From positions 3,006-67,005 of the forward strand of contig JAJSAL010000092.1 in the NCBI GenBank assembly GCA_024274705.1: a stretch of 64,000 nt of DNA. Direction: 5' to 3'. Of this stretch, positions 56,257 to 64,000 are shown piece by piece. Made by a program: the position numbers and the translations under genes. This DNA comes from Spirochaetota bacterium. GTDB taxonomy: Bacteria; Spirochaetota; Spirochaetia; SPDA01; JAJSAL01. Position 1 is the stretch's first letter; each line of letters starts with the position of its first letter. Below the pieces are notes generated by a model that worked only from the letters and a program-made list of their open reading frames with translations, was not told where the DNA came from and made no database searches.

Positions 56257-57789
56257 TTGATGATGGAAAAAGAGACGATTCCGAAGTGCAGCAATATAAT
56301 AATAAAGACGGATAATATCGGCAAGGAATTCAACGGAGTCTGGGTGTTGAACGGGATCGATTTCGATCTTTGCAGGGGAGAAATCCATAGCCTGGTCGGT
56401 GAAAACGGCGCCGGAAAATCCACCTTCATCAAAATTCTTTCAGGGATTCATTACCCTTCGAAAGGAAGGCTGATAGTAAACGGGAAATCGTCACTATTCC
56501 ATAAGGTTGAGGACAGTGAAGCAGCGGGAATCAGGACGGTACATCAGGAAATAAATCTTGTACCTTTTTTTAAAGTGTATCAGAACATGTTTCTGGGTGA
56601 TGAAATCTGCAGGCAACGATTCGGCAGGGGAATCATCAATGACAAGGAAATGAGGAAGAAAGCCCAGGAAGTGGTGGACTCCCTCTCAGTGGACCTTGAT
56701 GTAACGATGCATACGCACCGTCTGGATGCTTCAATGGAACGGGTTGTACAGATCGGACAGGTATTGGTCCAGAAACCGTCGGTCCTGATTTTCGACGAAC
56801 CGACTACCTCTCTCGGCGAAGACGAACGCAACAGTCTGCTTAGTACAATCATGGGATTGAAAGATACCGACGTGGGAATTATCTATATAACCCACAACTT
56901 AGAGGAGGTTATGGATATCTCCGATCGAGTTACGGTTTTCCGGGACGGCAATAAAGTCGGGACTCTGGGGAAGGCGGAACTTTCCAGAAAAAAAATAGTT
57001 TCCATGATGATAGGGCACGAACCTTTAACGCAGTATGTTCGTTCTTCGGAACAGAGAAAAGAACGGAAAAATGTACTCGCCGTGAAGGACCTTTCAACAT
57101 ATAAATTGAAACACATCAGTTTTTCCATAAGGGCCGGGGAAATACTGGGAATCGCCGGAGTAGTCGGTGCGGGGAAAAGTGAGATCGCCAAGGCTATTTT
57201 CGGCATAGATAAAATAACGGAAGGAAAGATATTTTTTAATGAAAAAGAGTATAAACCTTCTCTTAAAAACTCATTATCAGAAGGTATAGCCCTGGTACCG
57301 GAAGAGAGAAAGGATCAGGGCATAATCGAAAATTTCTCGGTGACGAAAAATACGACCCTTGCGTACCTGGATGATTTCTGCAAAACAGGAATCATAAATA
57401 AAAAGAAAGAAATCAGGACTACTGAAAAGTATATAAGAAACCTGTCGATTAAAACCACTGGTCACAGCCAGTTGATAAAATACTTAAGCGGCGGAAATCA
57501 ACAGAAGGTTATTCTATCACGATGGCTGAACGGTGATTTCACCCTGGGAATCTTTGACGAACCCACGAAAGGAATCGATATCAAGGCGAAAGAAGAAATA
57601 TATGAGGTGATCGATACATTATCCAGGCAGGGGAAAGCCATTTTATTTTTATCTTCTTATCTGCCTGAGTTGATTACTATTTGCGATCGAATACTTGTGA
57701 TAAGAGACGGTAGAAACGTTGTTGAGCTCTCTCCTGATATGCCTGATCTTCAGAATAGAGTAATGCACGCAATGTTGGGAGGTGCGTAG
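56257..57789 (+). CDS. Sugar ABC transporter ATP-binding protein (duplicated ABC domains, RbsA/MglA-like)
   Basis: Walker A GENGAGKST, signature LSGGNQQKV, two NBD halves, 510 aa. Confidence 0.93.
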   Translation: MMMEKETIPKCSNIIIKTDNIGKEFNGVWVLNGIDFDLCRGEIHSLVGENGAGKSTFIKILSGIHYPSKGRLIVNGKSSLFHKVEDSEAAGIRTVHQEINLVPFFKVYQNMFLGDEICRQRFGRGIINDKEMRKKAQEVVDSLSVDLDVTMHTHRLDASMERVVQIGQVLVQKPSVLIFDEPTTSLGEDERNSLLSTIMGLKDTDVGIIYITHNLEEVMDISDRVTVFRDGNKVGTLGKAELSRKKIVSMMIGHEPLTQYVRSSEQRKERKNVLAVKDLSTYKLKHISFSIRAGEILGIAGVVGAGKSEIAKAIFGIDKITEGKIFFNEKEYKPSLKNSLSEGIALVPEERKDQGIIENFSVTKNTTLAYLDDFCKTGIINKKKEIRTTEKYIRNLSIKTTGHSQLIKYLSGGNQQKVILSRWLNGDFTLGIFDEPTKGIDIKAKEEIYEVIDTLSRQGKAILFLSSYLPELITICDRILVIRDGRNVVELSPDMPDLQNRVMHAMLGGA

Positions 57790-57791
57790 GA

Positions 57792-58784
57792 ATGAGAAGG
57801 CGAAGGTTTAAGGAATTTGATTTTAAGAATTTTTCGAGAAGATATGGAACCGTGTTCGGCGCTGTTGTAATTTTCATTGTTTTTTCTGTTTTTGCGGATA
57901 ATTTTCTGAAGTTCACAAACTTCTTCATGCTGCTTCGGCAGATGAGTATGCTTACCATCATTTCGTTGGGCTTTACTTTTGTAATGTCCGGCGGCGGATT
58001 CGATATGTCCATTGGGAATGTCGTCGGATTGGTGAACATTGTTTTCGCTATTGTCCTTATCTCGACATCCAGTTTTTTATTGGCTTTCATTGCAGCGCTT
58101 GCCCTTGGGGTGTTGGTGGGGTCAATAAATGGTGCATTGGTCGCGTATCTGGGGTTGCCGGATTTTATCGGTACCTTCGCTATAGGCTCGGCCGCATTCG
58201 GTATGAAGATGATGATAACAAAGGGTAATCCTATCTTTTTCGAAAATCCGGTCCCTAAAGTTTTCGAGTTTCTCGGACAGGGATATGTCGGACCGGTACC
58301 TTTCCCGGTCATCCTCATGTTTGTATTTGTCGCTCTTGCCATTTTTTTGTTGACAAAGACAAAACTGGGCCGACGTGTGTATGCCATCGGCGGCAACTCA
58401 ACGGCGTCCCTTTTTGCCGGAATCAATGTAAAAGGTTACCGTTTTTTTACTTTTATTATTTCCGGTATTTCCGTCTCCATAGCTTCAGTGATTCTGACAT
58501 CACGCCTGGGTTCCGCTCAGCCTCTTGCAGGGGAAGCTTTTTTACTTGATGCCATTGCCGTTGTATTCTTAAGTTCCACCATGTTCGGTGAAGGCGAACC
58601 GACCGGACAAGGTACATTCATCGGCGCGCTGATTATCAGCATGCTTACAAACGGTCTGACAATGATGAATGTTCCCTACTATTTTCAATATATAACCAAG
58701 GGACTGGTCGTGATTGTGGCGGTTTCCTTATCTGTCGTGCTGGGGCAAACGTTTCGTGTTCAATTTAAAATAAGACCTGATTGA
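57792..58784 (+). CDS. Sugar ABC transporter permease (RbsC/AraH-like)
   Basis: 330 aa, multi-TM, GGFDMSIGNVVG and GRRVYAIGGN motifs. Confidence 0.9.
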   Translation: MRRRRFKEFDFKNFSRRYGTVFGAVVIFIVFSVFADNFLKFTNFFMLLRQMSMLTIISLGFTFVMSGGGFDMSIGNVVGLVNIVFAIVLISTSSFLLAFIAALALGVLVGSINGALVAYLGLPDFIGTFAIGSAAFGMKMMITKGNPIFFENPVPKVFEFLGQGYVGPVPFPVILMFVFVALAIFLLTKTKLGRRVYAIGGNSTASLFAGINVKGYRFFTFIISGISVSIASVILTSRLGSAQPLAGEAFLLDAIAVVFLSSTMFGEGEPTGQGTFIGALIISMLTNGLTMMNVPYYFQYITKGLVVIVAVSLSVVLGQTFRVQFKIRPD

Positions 58785-58802
58785 AAAGGGGAAGGGACAA
58801 AG

Positions 58803-60065
58803 ATGACTTCAAGGGAACGTGTTGAGAAAGCTCTCAACCATGAAGAACCGGACAAGATACCTTTCGATATCGGCGGTACTCCAGTTACAGGTATGCACGC
58901 CTGCATGGTATATGCCCTCAGACAGGCACTTCAGCTCGATGATCCCGGTACTCCCGTAAAGGTCATAGATCCATTCCAGATGCTGGGAGAGATCAAACCC
59001 GATCTGGTGGAGGCTCTGGGTATTGATGTAATCGGACTCGCCTGGGTACACAATATATTCGGATTCAAAAATGAAGGCTGGAAAGAGTGGACCGCATTTG
59101 ACGGCACGCCCCTTTTGGTTCCCGGATTATTCAACACATGTCCGGAATCCAACGGAGATCTGCTCATGTATCCCCAGGGGGATATGTCCGTCCCTCCATG
59201 CGCCAGAATGCCGGTCGGGGGATATTATTTTGACGCGATCATCCGGCAACGGCCTGTGGTCGATTCAGCTTTGTGCATTGATGATAATCTCGAGGAATTC
59301 GGGCCTATCCTTGAAGAAGAAATTACTCATTATAAACATGAAATAGATTACCTGTATAAAAACACCGATAAGGCAATCTGTGCGGCTTTCGCAGGATTAG
59401 CATTGGGAGATATTGCCCTTGTCCCTGCGATGTGGCTCAAAGATCCGAAAGGGATACGTGATTTTGAAGAATGGTATATCAGTCTTTATACCCGGAGAGA
59501 GTACATAGAAAAGATATTCGACAAACAAAGTGAAATCGCACTGAACAATCTGGAACGGCTGCATAAAGCCATAGGGAATAAATTATCAGCCGTATTTGTG
59601 ACGGGAACTGATTTCGGTATGCAGAACGGGCTTTTAATTTCTCCTGAACTCTACAGAGATCTGTTCAAGCCGTTTCATCGGAGAATCAACGGCTGGATAC
59701 ACGAAAACACAACATGGAAAACCTTTATGCACAGCTGTGGATCGGTAAAGGCCCTTATCGACGATTTTATAGAAGCCGGATTCGACATCCTGAATCCGTT
59801 GCAGACATCCGCAGCTGAAATGGACCCGGAGACTCTGAAAGCGGAGTTCGGAGACAGGATAGTCTTTTGGGGAGGAGGGATTGATACGCAAAGTACTCTC
59901 CCCTTTGGAAGTTCCGGGGATGTGGAAAAAGAAGTGATGGAAAGGATGAAAACCTTTGGAGCAGGAGGAGGTTATATTTTCAGTGCAGTACATAATGTAC
60001 AGGCAAAAATACCTGTGGAAAACCTGATTGCCTTGTTAAAAGCGGTGGAACGGTACAGAGGCTGA
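58803..60065 (+). CDS. Uroporphyrinogen decarboxylase (URO-D) family protein, function unknown
   Basis: N-terminus SRERVEKALNHEEPDKIPFD and C-terminal ...HSCGSVKALIDDFIEAGFDILNPLQ... resemble URO-D/MtaA-like proteins. SD AAGGGGAAGGG. Confidence 0.75.
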   Translation: MTSRERVEKALNHEEPDKIPFDIGGTPVTGMHACMVYALRQALQLDDPGTPVKVIDPFQMLGEIKPDLVEALGIDVIGLAWVHNIFGFKNEGWKEWTAFDGTPLLVPGLFNTCPESNGDLLMYPQGDMSVPPCARMPVGGYYFDAIIRQRPVVDSALCIDDNLEEFGPILEEEITHYKHEIDYLYKNTDKAICAAFAGLALGDIALVPAMWLKDPKGIRDFEEWYISLYTRREYIEKIFDKQSEIALNNLERLHKAIGNKLSAVFVTGTDFGMQNGLLISPELYRDLFKPFHRRINGWIHENTTWKTFMHSCGSVKALIDDFIEAGFDILNPLQTSAAEMDPETLKAEFGDRIVFWGGGIDTQSTLPFGSSGDVEKEVMERMKTFGAGGGYIFSAVHNVQAKIPVENLIALLKAVERYRG

Positions 60066-60106
60066 CCGGTGAGAAAAGCAGAAATACCATTTCAAGGAGA
60101 TGTGCA

Positions 60107-61168
60107 ATGAGATATCTTGAAAAAAAACATTTACAGAACATCGTGCTGGGTGCGGGTTTATTGGGGGCCGGGGGCGGGGGTTCTGTAAAGGAAGGGATGA
60201 AACTCGTGGACAAAGTCCTTGAATATGGCCCACAGGTCGAACTGATCTCCATAGATGAAATACAGGATGACAGCTGGGGGGCGGTTATCGCAGGAATGGG
60301 ATCTCCGAAGGCTTCACTGTCAAGAGTAAGGACAAACTCACCGAGGGTCTCTTTGGAAGCCCTCGAAAGCGCTGTAGGTTTCGTGAGTTCATTTGTAATT
60401 CCCTTTGAACTGGGGGCAGGGAACAGCTTGAATCCCATGCTCGCCGCTGTCCAGAAAAAAATTCCAATTGTTGATGGTGATCCTGTAGGCAGGGCCGTTC
60501 CGGAAATCGATATGACAACTTTTTCTCTCGGGGGAGTGGATATCAGCCCCCTTTCCCTTGCGACTGAAGAAAACATCACCATACTCATAAAAACGGAAAA
60601 ACCTGCTGATGTCGAACGGATTGCCAGGGCAATAACCGCGGAACTCCAGGGAGTATCGGCGATTTCCACTCAAGCGATGCGGGGAGGCCGGCTAAAAGAG
60701 CTTATAATTCCCGGAACTACGACGTTGGTGGAAAAGATCGGCAACCTTATCAGTGACTGCAGGAGCCGGAAGGAGGATCCATCCACCGGTTTGATAGAAC
60801 AGTTTCATGGATATTTACTGGGTAAAGGCAAAGTCGTCAAAGTGGAGGGAGAGACCAGGGGTGGATTCGATTTTGGCGTCGTGACGGTTAAGGGCGAAAT
60901 CCCGGCTACCATTTACTTTCAGAACGAAAATATGCTTGCGTATAACGAAAAACGACTGACCGCCATGGTCCCGGACCTGATTTGTGCAATAGGTTCCGAC
61001 GGTATACCCTTAACGAATGCGGACATCGAAAAGGGAATTGATATCTCTTATATCGGTTTTAAAGCGGATGATCGGTTCCGCACACCCGAGGTATGTAACC
61101 TGTTTCGTAACATCCTCTCCGCCTTAAACTATTCCGGGGACTTTATTCCAATCGAGTCGTTGAACTGA
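60107..61168 (+). CDS. DUF917 family protein
   Basis: N-terminal LGAGLLGAGGGGS and overall size (353 aa) are typical of DUF917. Biochemical role not assigned here. Confidence 0.7.
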   Translation: MRYLEKKHLQNIVLGAGLLGAGGGGSVKEGMKLVDKVLEYGPQVELISIDEIQDDSWGAVIAGMGSPKASLSRVRTNSPRVSLEALESAVGFVSSFVIPFELGAGNSLNPMLAAVQKKIPIVDGDPVGRAVPEIDMTTFSLGGVDISPLSLATEENITILIKTEKPADVERIARAITAELQGVSAISTQAMRGGRLKELIIPGTTTLVEKIGNLISDCRSRKEDPSTGLIEQFHGYLLGKGKVVKVEGETRGGFDFGVVTVKGEIPATIYFQNENMLAYNEKRLTAMVPDLICAIGSDGIPLTNADIEKGIDISYIGFKADDRFRTPEVCNLFRNILSALNYSGDFIPIESLN

Positions 61169-61183
61169 AAAGAGGAGATAACC

Positions 61184-61606
61184 ATGGGTTTTATCGATAA
61201 AAAACCGGAAAACTGTTCCGGATGCAGGTCCTGTGAACTGGCGTGTTCTTTAAAGCACTTCGGATATTTTGATTTTTCAAAAAGCCGGATTCACATCGAA
61301 CAGGAAGAGGAACATTCGGTGATAGAGATCCATCAGTGTATTCAGTGTGATGAACGTTCCTGCGTAAACGTTTGTCCCACTAATGCGCTGTCCATAGATA
61401 CGGAACTCGGGTACATATGTCTGGATGAAGAAGCCTGTACCGGCTGCCGGGCCTGCTATAAGGGATGTAAATATAACGGGGTTATGTGGGATGATGAAAA
61501 CGAAAAACCCTTAATATGCGATTTGTGCGAAGGAGAACCGGAATGTCTGAAACCCTGCAGGCTTCATCAGGCGATTACCCGGTCAATGAAGGAGATTGTT
61601 CTATGA
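61184..61606 (+). CDS. 4Fe-4S polyferredoxin (electron-transfer partner of AOR)
   Basis: Four Cys clusters: CSGCRSCELAC, CIQCDERSCVNVCP, CTGCRACYKGC, CDLCEGEPECLKPC. Confidence 0.85.
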   Translation: MGFIDKKPENCSGCRSCELACSLKHFGYFDFSKSRIHIEQEEEHSVIEIHQCIQCDERSCVNVCPTNALSIDTELGYICLDEEACTGCRACYKGCKYNGVMWDDENEKPLICDLCEGEPECLKPCRLHQAITRSMKEIVL

Positions 61607-63585
61607 GAAGTGCGTATAACGGCCGCGTTTTGATAGTTGATCTCGGGAGCGGGAAGATATGGATGCATACCCTCAAAGACGAATATCTTCGTGATTATCT
61701 TGGAGGCCGGGGTGCTGCGGTGAAAATGCTGTGGGACATGACTGGACCGGGAACAAAGGTACTGGGAAAGGAAAATGTACTGATTTTTTCTCCCGGTTCA
61801 TTAACCGGTACGAACGCTCCTACTAGCGGAAGGACGAGTATTACCTTCAAGAGCCCTGCTACGGGAGGCTATTTTAAAACGAGCGTAGGAGGGGGGATCG
61901 GCCTTGGAATCAAACATGCGGGTTTTGATCATATTGTTGTAAAAGGCAGGTCAAAAAAACCGGTATATTTGTTTGCCGGGTCCGGGAAGGTAGAGATACG
62001 TGATGCAGCCCATGTGTGGGGGCGGGATGTTAAGGAGACGAATGGGCTCATAAAAAAAGAGCTTCATGATGAAAACCTGAATATCGCCTGTATCGGGCGT
62101 GCCGGAGAAATTCTTTCCAACTATGCCGCCATTATGGGCACCTATTACAATGCGGCGGCTCGGGGGGGCGGTGGCGCCGTTATGGGATCGAAGAACCTGA
62201 AGGCTCTGGTTGTCAGTAATACAGGCGGCCGGGTGTATGTGGCCGATCCTGTTGAATTTGCCGGGATCGTCGAGCGGGCCCAGGACGCATCACTTGCCGA
62301 CAGCCACTCTCTGACCTTGAAAAAATTCGGTACAGCAGCGACTACAGACCAGATGTGCGTTACGGGACTTCTTCCGACATATAATTTCAAGCGGCAGTGG
62401 CTTGCAGCCGGGGAGGAAAATCTTACCGGACAACACCTGATAGATGAAGGCTATTTGAAGCGCAGCGTAAGCTGCGGAACCTGTATTTTCGGATGTCACC
62501 GGTATACAACTGTGGACAAGGGTAAATTCAAAGGGGTCTATTCGGAAGGTCCGGAATATGAAACCTTCGCGTCTCTCGGTGCCAGCATCGGCGTCACGGA
62601 CAGCCAGTACATTCTGAAAGCAAATGAGATGGCGAACGACTATGGTTTCGATACTATTTCCCTCGGGGCGGTTATATCCTTTGCAATTGAATGTTACGAA
62701 AAAGGTGTGATCACCGCTAAAGATACCGAAGGTTTCGAACTGAAGTGGGATGATGGTGAAACGCTTCTCTACCTTATCGACATGATCGTCGAAGAACAGG
62801 GAATCGGTAAGCTTCTGGCTAAAGGGGTCAAAGTCGCATCGGATAAACTTGGCGGAGAATCGTATAAATGGGCGGTTCAGGCAAGGGGACTTGAGCAAAG
62901 CAGGGTAGAGCTGCGGGGCGCATTTTCCTATGCCCTGGCATTTGCACTAAATCCAAGGGGGCCGGATCATTTGATGACCGAGTGCCTGGCGGAATTCGGG
63001 GAAAGTTTTTCCCGGCACGCCCCGGGAGTAATCGAGAAAATTACCGGTGATCAAAAATACGGTAAACCGTATCTTGAAGAGAAACGTGCTGAAATCGTTT
63101 CATGGCATGAAGACATCTATGCAGTATCCGACTCGCTGGGCTATTGCGCTTTTGCTACTACCGCGGCATACGGAATAGATGAGCAAATGTGCGCGGATAC
63201 GTTTAATACCGCTATGGGACTGAACCTGACTGCAGACGAAATAATGAAAGCAGGCAGAAGAATTGTAACCCTTGAACGATGCTACAATCTGCGTGAAGGG
63301 TGGTCCCGGAAGTGTGATGTACTACCCTGGAGAATTATGAACGAAACAGCGGTAGATCTTGACCCGAAGCAGCCTCCTTCTGCGACCATGGACGCCGAAC
63401 GCCTTGGCCGGATGCTGGACAAGTATTATGCCTTGAACGGTTGGGACCCGGCAAACGGATTTCCGCTGGTAGAGACTCTTGAAAACCTTGGATTGGATTT
63501 CACCGAAGGGGCTATCGAACCGAAACGTACTTCGGCACAGACAGCCGGGTTGCCGGAAAGCTGCAGATACCCTGTACAGGGATGA
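61603..63585 (+). CDS. Aldehyde:ferredoxin oxidoreductase family (tungstopterin) enzyme
   Basis: The AFOR N-domain start MRSAYNGRVLIVDLGSGKIW (ATG 61603) overlaps the ferredoxin TGA. [4Fe-4S] motif CGTCIFGC plus a later GYC. The 29-aa ORF-track extension is rejected. Confidence 0.9.
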   Translation: MRSAYNGRVLIVDLGSGKIWMHTLKDEYLRDYLGGRGAAVKMLWDMTGPGTKVLGKENVLIFSPGSLTGTNAPTSGRTSITFKSPATGGYFKTSVGGGIGLGIKHAGFDHIVVKGRSKKPVYLFAGSGKVEIRDAAHVWGRDVKETNGLIKKELHDENLNIACIGRAGEILSNYAAIMGTYYNAAARGGGGAVMGSKNLKALVVSNTGGRVYVADPVEFAGIVERAQDASLADSHSLTLKKFGTAATTDQMCVTGLLPTYNFKRQWLAAGEENLTGQHLIDEGYLKRSVSCGTCIFGCHRYTTVDKGKFKGVYSEGPEYETFASLGASIGVTDSQYILKANEMANDYGFDTISLGAVISFAIECYEKGVITAKDTEGFELKWDDGETLLYLIDMIVEEQGIGKLLAKGVKVASDKLGGESYKWAVQARGLEQSRVELRGAFSYALAFALNPRGPDHLMTECLAEFGESFSRHAPGVIEKITGDQKYGKPYLEEKRAEIVSWHEDIYAVSDSLGYCAFATTAAYGIDEQMCADTFNTAMGLNLTADEIMKAGRRIVTLERCYNLREGWSRKCDVLPWRIMNETAVDLDPKQPPSATMDAERLGRMLDKYYALNGWDPANGFPLVETLENLGLDFTEGAIEPKRTSAQTAGLPESCRYPVQG

Positions 63586-63598
63586 TGGAGGTGTACTG

Positions 63599-64000
63599 AT
63601 GAACACTCGTTTTCTTGAAGGTAAAATTACACTTCTATCGGGTGCTTATAGGAATCTTGGTGAAGTAACAGCCATGGAGCTGGCCGGGAAAGGTTCGGAT
63701 ATTGTGTTGAATGATTTACCCGGAGCCGTAACTCCCGGGGAAAAAGATACCCTGCTTGAGCGTATCAGAAAGAAAAATGTCCGGGCTGTTGCGGTGGATG
63801 GTGATATCAGCTCTCTTAAGGCTGTTCGCCAAATTCGCCGGAAAATCGTTGAGGAACTTGGTCAAGTATCGATCATTATCAATTGTGCAGGACCTTTCAA
63901 TCTTTCACCCTTCCTTAAACTGAAAGAAAAAGACTGGAATACCGTAATGGATGTAAATGTTAAAGCCGTGTACGTCACAGCCGGAGTTTTTGCACCTGAT
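63599..64000 (+). CDS. Short-chain dehydrogenase/reductase (SDR), 5' partial at window end
   Basis: ATG 63599 after GGAGG. LLSGAYRNLG (glycine-rich NAD(P) loop variant) and NCAG motif. Truncated by the window edge. Confidence 0.8.
   Translation, partial: MNTRFLEGKITLLSGAYRNLGEVTAMELAGKGSDIVLNDLPGAVTPGEKDTLLERIRKKNVRAVAVDGDISSLKAVRQIRRKIVEELGQVSIIINCAGPFNLSPFLKLKEKDWNTVMDVNVKAVYVTAGVFAPD

Noticed and set aside
57677-58426. 249-aa minus-strand ORF
   Set aside because: Antisense to the ABC ATPase end and the permease, and low-complexity (Pro/Thr/Asn-rich).
59980-60669. 229-aa minus-strand ORF
   Set aside because: Antisense to the URO-D-like and DUF917 genes, with no SD or motifs.
62290-62898. 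202-aa minus-strand ORF
   Set aside because: Antisense to the AOR gene, whose frame carries the diagnostic cluster motif.
1-64000. Stop-codon reassignment (TAA or TAG read as sense) as an explanation for the in-frame stops
   Set aside because: TAA, TAG and TGA each terminate well-conserved genes at their expected C-termini in this window (for example tsaD and carA with TAA, apt and carB with TAG, gltB and the ferredoxin with TGA). A genome-wide recoding is therefore not supported.

Overview
A 64-kb chromosomal segment. Gene content (CheX-like, SpoVG, Maf/DUF115, citramalate synthase, tilS-ftsH, obg-nadD-yqeK-LCP-rsfS) suggests a spirochete-type genome, which is inference only. About 60 protein genes and 5 tRNAs are supportable. 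1-50.5 kb is mostly core: tsaD, apt, carAB, an ilvB-ilvN-leuA-cimA operon, argS, gltBD, rplU-prp-rpmA-obg-nadD-yqeK, nadCB, ispE, spoVG, rplY-pth-tilS-ftsH, a secreted TPR/Ca-loop protein coupled to an HtrA-like protease, a hybrid histidine kinase, lepA and ppiD-maf. A small AT-rich PIN/antitoxin islet sits beside tRNA-Gln/tRNA-Glu. Downstream of tRNA-Asp/tRNA-Pro (about 50.9 kb to the window end) lies an accessory catabolic locus. It starts with a decayed integrase fragment and encodes an IclR regulator, KDPG aldolase, KDG kinase, an aminotransferase, a sugar ABC transporter, a URO-D-family protein, DUF917, a polyferredoxin, a tungsten-type aldehyde:ferredoxin oxidoreductase and an SDR. Signals not explained by the ORF track include an Ile/Leu/Val-rich leader peptide plus terminator upstream of ilvB. 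gltB has a near-consensus sigma-54 promoter. A roughly 58% Asp/Glu 101-aa protein is convergent with and overlaps rsfS. Several conserved genes are broken by a single in-frame stop (prp, the aminotransferase, possibly maf) or lack an ATG/GTG/TTG start (pth, yqeK). No CRISPR array, rRNA or intact mobile element was seen. All family assignments are motif recognition by eye, with no searches run.
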